From: Macrostomum lignano
Lineage: Eukaryota
Assembly: GCA_002269645.1 (NCBI GenBank)
Contig: NIVC01005058.1
Coordinates: 1 to 27,538 of the forward strand
Length of the DNA stretch: 27,538 nucleotides
Direction of reading: 5' to 3'
The translations under genes were made by a program, and so were the position numbers. Every line of letters begins with the position of its first letter. The stretch's first letter is position 1. Positions 11,621 to 24,769 of this stretch are shown here, one piece after another. The notes under the pieces were generated by a model that saw only the letters and a list, made by a program, of their open reading frames with translations, was not told the DNA's origin and searched no databases.

Positions 11621-12827
11621 GACTCAGTGACCTCCCCAACTCCCTATGACCTCTCTCCGACTCTCTTCTAGTCTTCTCTCACCAGTCCTTTGTTTTCTAC
11701 TTTAATTCCCTATCAACATCGCTTTCCCGCAGTCTCATGGTCTCCAACAAGCCGACTTGCGGCTCAAATTTGAAATTCAATTTTCTGCATCATCGCTACC
11801 GCATCCGTCATTCATCATCATTTTTTGCGCATCGCCCCCCGGCGCCTGGCTAAGCAGAGGCAGAGACGAACTCTGCTTCAGCACCACTGGCCTAATCTAA
11901 AGAAGCTGGAAGTTCCTCTCGTCAAAAAACACACACGCCCAACAAGACGCTAACTATATGAGAAAGCAAATCAAATTCTCGCCCCGTCAATAGGGCCTAA
12001 TTAGTGCGCAGGGGACCCCCGCGAGATGCTTGATACTTCTTTGCCCCTGCGGGGAGCGAAGCCGGCGGCCCCCCCCCCTTTGTTTCTCGCGAGTCTGCCA
12101 GAGGGGTAAGGGATACGGCCCCTCTGTATAGTGACATTAATTGGCAGAGGAGGCACAAAGATTTCTTTCAAAAGCATCGAGAAGAGTCCCGACTGAGACT
12201 GGCGATTCTCTGGGATATCGCGAGGGATTTCCTCTCGCTCTCCCCCCCCCTCGTTTCGGATTAAACGGCCATTAGTCATACAGGCCGAGTTTGTTCATTC
12301 ATCTGCGTCAACCGCTAAGCTCGCTGAGCTGCTCGGTGAGTCACGTTCTCGAGTCGGCTATACTTTCTGCAGCCGAGCGGGGTGAGCGGGTCAGCTGGCG
12401 GTGGAGGAAGGACTCGAGAACGCCCCAGCATCTGTCGGTTTTTGTTTTGTCTGAGCCTTCAAATTGAAAGCGAAGTCTGGGGCGGGGTCTCCCGCAGCAC
12501 CTCCCATCACCGAAGCAGCGATAGGCGCTTTGGGGATAAATTAGGGAGGGAGCTCTGAGTGTGTCAGCGAGCCGGGAAGATCACTCAGACCGCATTAATG
12601 ACTGCGTGTGTTTCTTTCTCTTGGGAAAATTGGAGATGCAAGTAAACCCGGCGAATTTAATTCGGGTTTTCAAGACTCTCCTCCGACTTACCTATGACGT
12701 AGGCAAAGCGACGGATTAATTGATTATCGAACTCACTATCTCATTCGAACTAGGGCAGGGGGTAAGACATAGGACTAAGAGTGAGGAGTCATACAGCCAG
12801 TCTTCGGACATTCTGTGCTACTCGTAG

Positions 12828-14553
12828 TTGCAAATCTACTCTGCCGCTTGCAAATCTACTCTGCCGCTTGCAAATCTACTCTGCCACTTGCTAATCTACT
12901 CTGCCGCTTGCAAATCTACTCTGCCACTTGCTAATCTACTCTGCCACTTGCTAATCTATTCTGCCACTTGCTAATCTACTCTGCCGCTTGCAAATCTACT
13001 CTGCCGCTTGCAAATCTACTCTGCCGCTTGCAAATCTACTCTGCCGCTTGCTAATCTACTCTGCCGCTTGCAAATCTACTCTGCCGCTTGCAAATCTACT
13101 CTGCCACTTGCTAATCTACTCTGCCACTTGCTAATCTACTCTGCCGCTTGCAAATCTACTCTGCCGCTTGCTAATCTACTCTGCCGCTTGCTAATCTACT
13201 CTGCCACTTGTTAATCTACTCTGCCGCTTGCTAATCTACTCTGCCACTTGCTAATCTACTCTGCCACTTGCTAATCTACTCTGCCACTTGCTAATCTACT
13301 CTGCTGCTTGCTAATCTACTCTGGCGCTTGCTAATCTACTCTGCCGCTTGCTAATCTACTCTGCCACTTGCAAATCTACTCTGCCTCTTGCTAATCTACT
13401 CTGCCAATTGAAAATCTACTCTGCCACTTGCAAATCTACTCTGCCAATTGAAAATCTACTCTGCCAATTGAAAATCTACTCTGCCGCTTGAAAATCTACT
13501 CTGCCAATTGAAAGTCTACTCTGCCACTTGCAAATCTACTCTGCCAATTGAAAATCTACTCTGCCGCTTGCTAATCTACTCTGCCGCTTGCTAATCTACT
13601 CTGCCGCTTGCTAATCTACTCTGCCTCTTGCTAATCTACTCTGCCAATTGAAAATCTACTCTGCAACTTGCAAATCTACTCTGCTACTTGCTAATCTACT
13701 CTGCCGCTTGCTAATCTACTCTGCCGTTTGCTAATGTACTCTGCACTTTGCAAATCTACTCTACCGCTTGCTAATCTACATGTACTCTGCCGCTTGCTAA
13801 TCTACTCTGCCGCTTGCTAATCTACATGTACTCTGCCGCTTGCTAATCTACTCTGCCGCTTGCTAATCTACTCTGCCGCTTGCAAATCTACTCTGCCGCT
13901 TGCTAATCTACACTGCCGCTTGCTAATCTACTCTACCGCTTGCTAATCTACTCTGCCATTTGCAAATCTACTCTGCCGCTTGCTAATCTACTCTGCCACT
14001 TGCTAATCTACTTAGCCATTTGCAAATCTACTCTGCCACTACTAATCTACCCTACCATTTGCAAATCTACTCTGCCACTTGCTAATCTACTCTGCCATGT
14101 GCAAATCTACTCTGCCATGTGCAAATCTACTTTGCCACTTGCTAATCTACTCTGCTGCTTGCTAATCTACTCTGCCATTTGCTAATCTACTCTGCCATTT
14201 GCAAATCTACTCTGCCACTTGCTAATCTACTCTGCTGCTTGCTAATCTACTCTGCCATTTGCTAATCTACTCTGCCATTTGCAAATCTACTCTGCCATGT
14301 GCAAATCTACTTTGCCACTTGCTAATCTACTCTGCTGCTTGCTAATCTACTCTGCCATTTGCTAATCTACTCTGCCATTTGCTAATCTACTCTGCCACTT
14401 GCTAATCTACTCTGCCATTTGCAAATCTATACTATGCTGCTTGCTAATCTACTCTGCCATTTGCTAATCTACTCTGCCACTGGCTAATCTACTCTGCCAT
14501 TTGCTAATCTACCCTACCATTTGCTAATCTACTCTGCCATTTGCAAATCTACC
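12828..14553. repeat. 20-bp satellite, ~86 copies, with regional sequence variants
   Basis: Unit TTGC(T/A)AATCTACTCTGCC(G/A)C. Confidence 0.98.
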
Positions 14554-15118
14554 AACCCACTTTTACCAAGTCATTTAAGCCTACTCAATCACTTGTGAGT
14601 CTGCTTTAATTGCGCACAGATTAAAGCAGCCGCATCAGAGAACTACTCACTAAGTGCATTTATTGCAAAAGTTAAAATATTTTTAACCTTCATCGCTAAT
14701 GAACTGACGAAGCCGAGAACCTGAGACAATTAACAGTGTAGCACAGACAGACACACACATGTCCCAGAAATAAAGCAGGCTTTGAACTTTCAAAGCCTAT
14801 GCTGCCTAAACACACTCAGTTATAATCCTGCTTTCTGCTATGTTCAGCGTTTTATCTCTTTTATCCTCTTTTATCTCTTCTCTCATCTCATCTCTCGCCT
14901 CTCATCTCCTCTCTCATTTGGTTGGCCCTTGAAGTAAAAAAGTTTGCTCATCCCTGATAGAACTGGGTTTCTGACTAAAAAGAGAGAAGATTGACTGTAA
15001 AGCGTTAGTCAGAGTTTTGGGGAGGAGGGACAGACGAAGGAGAGGAAACATGCAACGCGTACGAGAGAGACGCACAGAAGTCTCACTTCTAGCGAGGGTG
15101 GGTTTCACAAACGCGAAA

Positions 15119-15299
15119 TTTCACAACCGCTAAATTTTTTCCAGTCACTTTCACAACCGCGAAACTTCACAACCGCTAAATGTCATCTACGAGCGTACTT
15201 TCACAACCGCGAAACTTCACAACCGCTAAATCTGAGATTTAGCGGCTGTGAAGTTTCGCGCTTATGAAAGTGACTGCAATTTTTTTGCGGTTGTGAAAG
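15119..15299. repeat. Direct plus inverted repeat (fold-back) element
   Basis: 15208-15233 and 15235-15260 form a 26-bp inverted repeat with one mismatch around a single G. 15237-15299 is also an inverted copy of 15119-15181. Confidence 0.85.
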
Positions 15300-17174
15300 C
15301 AACCCCTAGCGAGCACATGCGGCCTTGGCTGTGAAAAGGGGCCCAAACGACGTAATAAACACAGCGCAAAGGACTGCAAGTTCAACTTGGCAGGGAGGGG
15401 GGCGGGGCCTGGCACTTTTCCCGTCTCTTCTGTGCTACTATATCGCTTAACTCCACCTCCAACTTGTGGGGGGGGGATATTATTCCCAATAAAAAATGGC
15501 CCCCGGAGTCTGCGGGGGGGCGCGACAAAAATGCAGCCTTCTAAGCAACAGCTTCTCGCGGAAGCAGATGTCAGCGAACGCGAAAGAAACAGTGTGCCAA
15601 AACTGAATAGGGAATGCATTGCAGACTCTATAGACTGTCCAATGGGGTGGGAGATTATCCTCACAAGTCAGCTGCGCAGGATGAAGATGAGAAAGGCAAG
15701 GGGGTGCAGAGACGCAACTCGGATGAGGAGCCTTGAGAAGGGAGTAAAAATGACAGGGCGGGTGGATGACTGCTCCGAGCCGAGCGTTAGCTTCTCTCAA
15801 GAGCGCCGCTAGGCAGCAAACATTCGATGGGAGAACACGGGGAGCAGAGAAGCGGCATGCATGATTGATGAGGCGGTGTCAGGACCGAGAGAGCCACAGA
15901 GCGAGAGGGAAAAAGTGAAAGTGAGACGTCCGCCTCAGGCCAGCAACACACAGAGAGCTAGTTGGAGAGGCAGGGACAGGCACCTAATCTAGTTGGTACA
16001 ATGCATCTATCTATCCAATCAGTCTAGCGATGCCAGCTCAGCATTGGAGGGGCAGTTCGAGACCGCCCAGCTCGGAGCCCGCATTGTCCGCAATCGAGCA
16101 TAACAAGGAAATGAGCGAGGGAGAGGATAGATAGAGATAGAGAGGCCGTGTCTGATGGGAATCCTCGCGAGAATTCTTCACAGAGGAAAACGAAGGCATA
16201 AGACGCCTCTCTATTTCTCCTTCTCATCTCCCATCTCTCTCTCTCTCTTTCTCGTTTTACTTTCAAGTTTTCAGAGAGTTTAATAGCTATGAGGCTGTGC
16301 CAGAAATTACGTAACAGCACGGCATTTTCGTAAGGAGGATGTCTTTAATTTAGTAAGAGGACTGGATGAGCGGCTGGGATCAGCATGCGATGGGGGATTT
16401 GCGGGTCGGGGGGGGGGGGTAGCGCCTGTATGTCCAACTGTATATTAAGGCTCAGTATATAGCGATGGAGAGGGAAGCAGATTGGCCGTCTGACGGAATT
16501 AAGCCCCGGGATTATAAATACATCCGGCGGGCGATTCCGAAGACTGATAAAAGACGTCTGTACGAGGCTGGTCCAGATACGAGTATTTAGTTTCTCAAAT
16601 TAATCAATAATTCTAGCAGGTCGAAATATGTTTTGACCTGATGAAAGGTGGCCAGGTGGAAAGGTTGGCATGCAGCCAACTCTGTATTTCTCTGTATTTG
16701 TTTAACTTTATTAAAGTCAACCAATTCAATCTATTGTAGCTTGTACATAGCAATCTATCTAGGATGTGGATCTGAAATATGAATTTCAGAGATACCCTAG
16801 TGCTTGCTTGCGAGTTATTAACATAACGAAAAACATTCCGAGTTCAATAATGATGTAGTGAGAGCTGAGCAGTGTTCTCAAACATAGCCTGATGTTGGCT
16901 TGCAAATTCTCAATCTCCCCAGGATTGAGTAGGTTCCGGCAATGAATTATGGCGTGTCGAGAGTGTAAGACTGGAGAGAATATTCGCGCACGAGTGAGCC
17001 CGAAGAGGCGAGATGAGGACATGCGCGGCGACTGGGATGACGAGAGGAAGGGAGCTGCTCCTAGCCAGCCTCCCGTCTCTGATTCCGACTTGAGCAGGAG
17101 ATTATGCCTCATCTCATATCCTCTTCTCAGTTCATGGATTTGTGATTTACACCTTGTTCAATTTGAGCTTGTCT

Positions 17175-17365
17175 GCTTTCTAGCACTCTGCTTCTACATT
17201 TGTGCTGGCGCTGCATTTCTGCATGGCTCTCTGCTTCCACATCTCTGTTGGTGCTCTGCTTTCACATTTCTGTTGGCGCTCTGCTTCCACATCTCTGTTG
17301 GCGCTCTGCTTCCACATTTCTGTTGGCGCTCTGCTTCCACATCTCTGTTGGCGCTCTGCTTCTAC
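17175..17365. repeat. 25-bp minisatellite, ~7 copies
   Basis: Unit GCGCTCTGCTTCCACATCTCTGTTG. Confidence 0.93.
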
Positions 17366-18119
17366 ACCGCGGCGCCCCTGCAGGCGCTTACTCAGACATT
17401 CCTACACGAATCGCTTCACCCCCTAACAGCAGCGTGGCAATTCAATCAATCAGAAGAGCTTACAAAAAGAGAGCTCGAAACATGCTGGCGCCGCAGCCCC
17501 CCAGCCCATCCAACCCCGGTGCCCCTTCCCCTGGAGAGAAAGGCAAAAAGCAGGGGAAAATGGGAAAATTTGAAAATTTTGAAGGCAGAAGCTCCGCTGC
17601 AGTGAAAAAGAAATGGGACGCGAGAGTAAGGGAAACGAAATGAAAAAGGGAGACGGGCAGACAGAAAGACAAAGGCTGCGAGTCGGGTCGGCCAGATGGG
17701 ATAATTCTCCCACTTCCTATCTAATAACGCAACTGCCAGCCACTCTGACTCATGTGCGGCAGCTGAGAACCTTGGTTAGAGTCGTCGGGGGGAGCGAGGT
17801 GAGGAAGGTGAGTCAAGGTGAGCCCCCCCATCCCTAATAACTGGCGACATGCAGAGGGGGCAAAACTACCAGCCTTGTGAAAATGGGGGAAAACACGATT
17901 GAACGGGGCAGGGGAGGTGACGGTCGGTTCGCGTAAATTTATTGAGCATTATTGTATTGAGCAAGTCTTTCTTCTCATGGGCTCTAATGCAGTTAGTTAG
18001 ATTAAATACGCATATATTTGCTAGTGCAACAACGCAACAGTGGACTGCACATGCTCCCAGACAGCCGGTACACCAGTACATGTATAGAGTGGGTTGGGAC
18101 TCAATGTACATACGAGCTA

Positions 18120-18969
18120 TATTCAGACTGGATGTACATCTAGGATTGGACTCAGTGTACATGTATTCAGGCTGAAGTACATCTAGGATTGGATTCAGTG
18201 TACATGTATTCAGACTGATGTACATCTAGGATTGGATTCAGTGTACATGTATTCAGACTGAAGTACATCTAGGATTGGATTCAGTGTACATGTATTCAGA
18301 CTGAAGTACATCTAGGATAGGATTCAGTGTACATTGTATTCAGACTGAAGTACATCTAGGATTGGACTCAATGTACATGTATTCAGACTGAATGTACATC
18401 TAGGATTGGACTCAATGTACATGTATTCAGACTGGATGTACATCTAGGATTGGACTCAATGTACATGTATTCAGACTGATGTACATCTAGGATTGGACTC
18501 AATGTACATGTATTCAGACTGATGTACATCTAGGATTGGACTCAATGTACATGTATTCAGACTGATGTACATCTAGGATTGGACTCAATGTACATGTATT
18601 CAGACTGATTTACATCTAGGATTGGATTCAATGTACATGTATTCAGACTGATGTACATCCAGGATTGGACTCAGTGTACATATATTCAGACTGATGTACA
18701 TCTAGGATTGGATTCAATGTACATGTATTCAGACTGAAGTACATCTAGGATTGGACGCAATGTACATGTATTCAGACTGGATGTACATCTAGGATTGGAC
18801 TCAATGTACATGTATTCAGACTGATGTACATCTAGGATTGGACTCAATGTACATGTATTCAGACTGATGTACATCTAGGATTGGATTCAATGTACATGTA
18901 TTCAGACTGATGTACATCCAAGATTAGACTCAATGTACATGTATTCAGACTGAAGTACATCTAGGATTG
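18120..18969. repeat. 43-bp palindrome-rich minisatellite, ~20 copies
   Basis: Unit TGTACATCTAGGATTGGACTCAATGTACATGTATTCAGACTGA, containing TGTACA x2, ACATGT, CTAG and TCAGACTGA. Confidence 0.97.
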
Positions 18970-19085
18970 TACCCACCCATACAAACTGATAGGCCGCCCG
19001 TCTACCGACTCGCAAACGGTGACACATACATATAATGTACTGTACAAATGTACATCTACGTAACAACAAGAGGCAAAAAACTCAC

Positions 19086-19243
19086 CCGACTTAAAGGAGA
19101 ACTCAGACAGCAAAATCCAGTCCGCGGTCGAGTCAAAGTACAAGCGCACTTTAACAAATCGTCCGACTCGATTGCCCACCTGGATGCTGATTGGCCGAGT
19201 GAACTGGCCCACCGAGTCGCGGCTGACTGCGCGCTCCACGGGG
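19086..19243 (-). CDS. DDR: DDR exon: end of DS-like domain
   Basis: Acceptor TATCTGTACAG|C (phase 2), donor TCGG|GTGAG (phase 1), 158 nt; PISIQVGNRVGRFVKVRLYFDSTADWILLSEFSFKS resembles DDR ..WILFSEISF.S. Confidence 0.9.
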
Positions 19244-19272
19244 CTGTACAGATAAGCATACAAACAAATATA

Positions 19273-19460
19273 ACTGACTGACTGACTGACTGACTGACTG
19301 ACTGACTGACTGACTGACTGACTGACTGACTGACTGACTGACTGACTGACTGACTGACTGACTGACTGACTGACTGACTGACTGACTGACTGACTGACTG
19401 ACTGACTGACTGACTGACTGACTGACTGACTGACTGACTGACTGACTGACTGACTGACTG
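19273..19460. repeat. (ACTG)47 perfect tetranucleotide microsatellite filling most of a 225-nt intron
   Basis: 188 nt of uninterrupted ACTG between exon boundaries 19243 and 19469. Confidence 0.98.
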
Positions 19461-19468
19461 AATCTCAC

Positions 19469-20010
19469 CTGTCAGCGAACCGCTCGCCGCCAATGCTGAA
19501 GAAGAGCTCGGCCTTGGAGAACAGGCGCGTGTTCCAACTGAGGAAATCGTTATTAGTATCAATGTTGACGCTGTTGAACCGGCGCACCTTGTCGAATTCG
19601 AATAGCAGCTCGACGTTGTCGCGATTGTCGCCGAACTGTCGCCGATTCCAGCCGACATAGGGCAGCCCGGCGATGCCATCGTCCATGGGGTCGGCGCCGG
19701 GCGACACTTTGCTGGTGACGTAATCAGTCAGCTGGCCCAGGCCGCCCGACATCCAGCCGTTGCTAATGACGCCGTCGTAGTAGTGGTCGGAGAAGTCCGC
19801 CCGGCCGGAGGGCACGCGGTGGCCCTGGGGCCCGGAGTAGGCCACCACGCCCTGGTAGGTGGGGCAGCCGAACAGCTCCAGCTTGAGGCAGACGCTCACA
19901 TCGCCGGAGTCCGGATTGATGGGATAGATGCGCAGCACCTTGGCAACTAGGGGCGGCTTCAGGCTCAGGTAGTTGCGCTTGTCCTTCAGGTCGGAGTTGC
20001 CTTTGATCAT
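19469..20010 (-). CDS. DDR: DDR exon: end of discoidin domain and most of DS-like domain
   Basis: Acceptor CCCATCGCAG|ATG (phase 0), donor GACAG|GTGAG (phase 2), 542 nt. MIKGNSD..LKPPLVAKVLRIYP..VSVCLKLELFGC, then YYDG..GGLGQLTD..YVGW..VELLFEFDKVRRF, all DDR-typical. Confidence 0.93.
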
Positions 20011-20090
20011 CTGCGATGGGGATTTGGGAATGCCATTAAGCTTGGTTAATAAATGTTCATTTCTGAGTTCATCAGTGAAACCGCTCATCA

Positions 20091-20230
20091 GGGGTTGTAG
20101 CCTAGAGGTTAGAGCGTCAGACTCACGACTGACTGAAAGGTCGGGGGTTCGATTCTCGATCTACTCGGAACAATTTGTGTCCTTGAGCAAGATACTTAAC
20201 TCTGCATTGCTTCAGTTCACCCAGCTGGGG
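20091..20230 (+). mobile_element. tRNA-derived SINE with CORE-like domain (antisense to DDR, in intron); 3' end undefined
   Basis: A box TAGCCTAGAGG (20098-20108), B box GGTTCGATTC (20146-20155). Followed by TGTGTCCTTGAGCAAGATACTTAAC (20176-20200), which matches the MIR/CORE consensus TGTGACCTTGGGCAAGTCACTTAAC at 21/25 as I recall it. The acceptor stem cannot pair, so it is not a functional tRNA. Confidence 0.82.
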
Positions 20231-20830
20231 TAATTGAGGTTGTGTGTGCAGGTGTAATGAGTTATTTTTGTGCTTTTCTTGCCTGCTTTGTATTGAGCAC
20301 TACACTGCACTGCTCAAATTATGGATATCAATAGGCTTCATAATCTATCAAGATGGCCGCTATTTACGGACCCAGCGGAACCGTGAGAATCAATCGAATC
20401 TGGCAGGCGCAGGCAGGATTCTCAGCAGCTGCGGCCTCCCATCATCGTCTCCCATTCGGTGCTCTCAGCCTAAAAACAATACCTACTCAAGTGGAATCGA
20501 CCGGAACAGGTGGGAGTCTAGATATGATTATCAATGAGGAGGTTAAAGAGTGAGAAGAAAAGACACACGAAATCCAAATCCCAATAATTAGACTGGCCGA
20601 GTGGGGGAGGCGAGGGCGCCATCGCTGCGGCTTGAGCATAAAATTCCCATAATGAGGATTTCTCGGTCCTGGAAGAAGCGAACCTTATGCCGATAGCTAC
20701 TCGAGTAGTTTTGCTATTACGCAACACAATCAGAGCCGAATTTCCGTTCTTAAATTTTCATCCAAGTCTTTGTCACTGACTCACTGAACAAGGCGGATAA
20801 AGACTTTGTAAGGAGAAAAATGCGACTTAC

Positions 20831-20938
20831 AACTTGTCTGTGGAATATGCCGTTCGTGCTGCTGCGCAGGGTGTAGTTCCTGAACGGCTCGTCCTCCGTG
20901 CGCTTGTACTGGATCACCATCATCTTGGTGAACTCGCC
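20831..20938 (-). CDS. DDR: DDR exon: middle of discoidin domain (preferred acceptor 20938; in-frame alternatives 20962, 20968)
   Basis: GEFTKMMVIQYKRTEDEPFRNYTLRSSTNGIFHRQV aligns with DDR (I/K)EF..Y.I.YSR...QV. Donor GTT|GTAAGT (phase 0). Acceptor CCACCCGCAG|G. Confidence 0.82.
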
Positions 20939-20991
20939 CTGCGGGTGGCGGGTGCGGCTCGCCTTGCACTGCTTGGCTGGGCAGACCGGAC

Positions 20992-22415
<1,424 letters not shown>

Positions 22416-24125
22416 ACAAAGAAAACCGCACAGTCCAATTCCATTGTCAAACTGCCCTCATAAATCATGGTAAATTTCCCGAGATATGAAAACTCTGGCC
22501 CATTCCACTCGGCAGCGCATGTCGCGGCATAAACACAGTGGCCCGGCAATGAAAAATTGCTGATTAAACAAACTCATTTTCAGACGTGAAAGAAAAAAAA
22601 CGAGGAAAGACAGACAGAAAGTAAAACTGAGAAGCCCCCTGAAAAGTGAGCAAACACAACAACTGGCTTACAAGGAGGTGGGCTGAACCACACACACACA
22701 CAAGCACACACACTTGTGTACAGAGCGAAAGCACCGCATGTTTAGCAAGCGAAAGCACTCAATTTTCAAAAGTGGCCCCACATACACCCGTGTTCATATA
22801 ATACGCATATATCACAGTGTTTGTCAAGACCCCAATCGAGTGCAGTTTGTGAGTTGTGTTTGAGCATAGCAGAACAAAGACTCAATATTGTTAAGTGGGT
22901 GGGGATCGTGCCCACTAAGTCGGCGGTCTGTACACTCGATTCGGGTCTGGATTAGAAAATCTGATTTCAACTCTCACTTCACGGGTCTCTCATACGACAG
23001 CAGGCTCAGGCACCGACCGCTATTACTCAGCGGAGCAATGGGGAGCATGGATAGGAAATTCCAAACCCCCTGCAGCAGGGAGGGTGCAACAGAGTCAATA
23101 AGGACAAGGCCTAGTCAAAAACTTTGCTGCCTTGCTTGCCTGCTTCTGCTAGCAAAACTAAAAGAAGAATGGATGAGGAAATTTCAATAGATTCCTAACC
23201 GGATAAATATCCCATAGTTTTGGGACGCGATTGCAAGCCCAAGACTGCTGGTTAAAAAGACAATCAATTAGAAAATTTCCAACCAATTGATACAGAAGTT
23301 GATTTACAACAACACAACTCAATCAGAGTCGCTGAATCACAATTGCATTGCAGTACAGACTTAGTCATTCTAGAGCCTCACTGATAAGACGGACCCAGTC
23401 CATGCAGTATTTGCACAATAATTCCAAACGCATTCGTCCATAGCCATAGAGATAAAGACATTAATAATTTCACCGATGGCTTGGGGGGGGGGGGGAGAAG
23501 GCCGGTGATCAGAAAAGCCGGCCTAAAACCCCCAGTTAGGAATTCGTGTGATGCGGGACACATAAAATGTAATGCACATTGTGCGCCGTTTGTATATATT
23601 AGGATATTAACCGCCGCCGCCAGCGCTGCAACAGGGGCTAATCAAATATTAAGACTGGGAGACAGAGGAGGCAAAACACAGATAAAAAAGACCTGCAAGG
23701 CTGAGTCACAGTTAGCAGGCAGAAGCCGAAATCATTTTCAGCGCGACATACACAAAAGCTATGCATGGTTACCAGACAGAAAAAACCTATTAGAACCCCC
23801 ATTCAGCATAAACTTTGCCAGCGCAATATCAGTTTGTATATACAGAGATCAGATGTATTTCAGCTTTTTTGTATAGAAAAAATGCTGAATCTCAGCCTGA
23901 AAGACAAAGACAGAAAATGAAATAGAGTGTAACCCGATTCCATTAGTTTGATTGACAAGGCTAATCTTGACAGGCCTCGAGTCTGTAGCTTGGCCTGCTG
24001 CTCTTGATTTTGTGATCAAAGTGATGGAGCAAGGGCAGACAGGTGACGAGAAGCAGGTCTTTGTCTCAGGTCTTTTTCTGGCATCATAAATTAGGCCGAT
24101 TGAAGGTGAGAATAGAGAAGCAGTC

Positions 24126-24390
24126 AATTCAGCGCCTCAGGCAGTATTTTAGCGCCAATTCAGCGCCTCAGGCAATATTTTAGCGCCAATTCAGCGCCAC
24201 AGACAATATTTTAGCGCCAATTCAGCGCCTCAGGCAATACTTTAGCGCCAATTCAGCGCCACAGACAATATTTTAGCGCCAATTCAGCGCCACAGGCAAT
24301 ATTTTAGCGCCAATTCAGCGCCTCAGGCAATATTTTAGCGCCAATTCAGCGCCGCAGGCAATACTTTAGCGCTAATTTAGCGCCACAGGC
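24126..24390. repeat. 31-bp minisatellite, ~8.5 copies
   Basis: Unit AGCGCCAATTCAGCGCCTCAGGCAATATTTT at 24151, 24182 and onward. Confidence 0.96.
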
Positions 24391-24456
24391 GGTACACTTG
24401 TTCAAAAGTTAGTTGTCAGCTAACAAAAACTGAGAACACAGTCAGCTGTAACTCAC

Positions 24457-24607
24457 CAGATCCACAGATTTGTGCTGCCTTGGCACAGTGAGCAGGTTGC
24501 TAATAATTCTCGGCTCGGGATATTCAATCTGGAGCCATTCCAGCATCTCGTTGGTCTTCAGCTGGTGCTGGGGGCACCAGGCCTGGTCGCTGGAGCCATC
24601 AACGATT
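24457..24607 (-). CDS. DDR: DDR exon: first half of discoidin domain (missed by the ORF track)
   Basis: My translation of the - strand: (R)IVDGSSDQAWCPQHQLKTNEMLEWLQIEYPEPRIISNLLTVPRQHKSVDL, matching DDR R|L....DGAWCP...E(F/Y)LQID....I..V.TQGR. Acceptor ATCGACAG|A (phase 2), donor CTG|GTGAGT (phase 0). Confidence 0.88.
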
Positions 24608-24680
24608 CTGTCGATTCGGTGTTGGATGCGAGGAGAATTTGAGTGTTTGGTTACTTTTGGGAAAAGTTTTGACAGCCTGA

Positions 24681-24760
24681 ATGAGATGAGATGAGATATG
24701 GAAAGAGATGAGACATTGAAAGAGATGAGACATTGAAAGAGATGAAATTTAGAAAGAGAC
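24681..24760. repeat. Short 17-bp GA-rich repeat, ~4 copies
   Basis: GAAAGAGATGAGACATT at 24701, 24718, 24735 and (degenerate) 24752. Confidence 0.8.
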
Positions 24761-24769
24761 TAGCAATCT

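Noticed and set aside
11990-12730. Several TAAT/ATTA homeodomain-like sites in non-repetitive intron sequence
   Set aside because: Short motifs at plausible background frequency; no conservation data available.
16848-16895. ATGATGT...CTGA resembling a C/D snoRNA
   Set aside because: Imperfect C box, too short, no terminal stem, and on the strand opposite the host gene.
16949-17643. 218-aa and 147-aa ORFs
   Set aside because: They run through the 25-bp array, show no recognisable domain and lack convincing splice or start context.
20091-20166. tRNA gene
   Set aside because: 5' GGGGTTG has no complementary 3' acceptor strand, the anticodon loop is 8 nt, and a CORE domain follows; it is a SINE head.
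22420-22559. Peptide CAAEWNGPEFSYLGKFTMIYEG faintly resembling the DDR GxEF..Y segment (possible mutually exclusive exon)
   Set aside because: The nearest acceptor (22559) is phase 2 in that frame while the upstream donor is phase 0, there is no good donor, and the similarity is weak.
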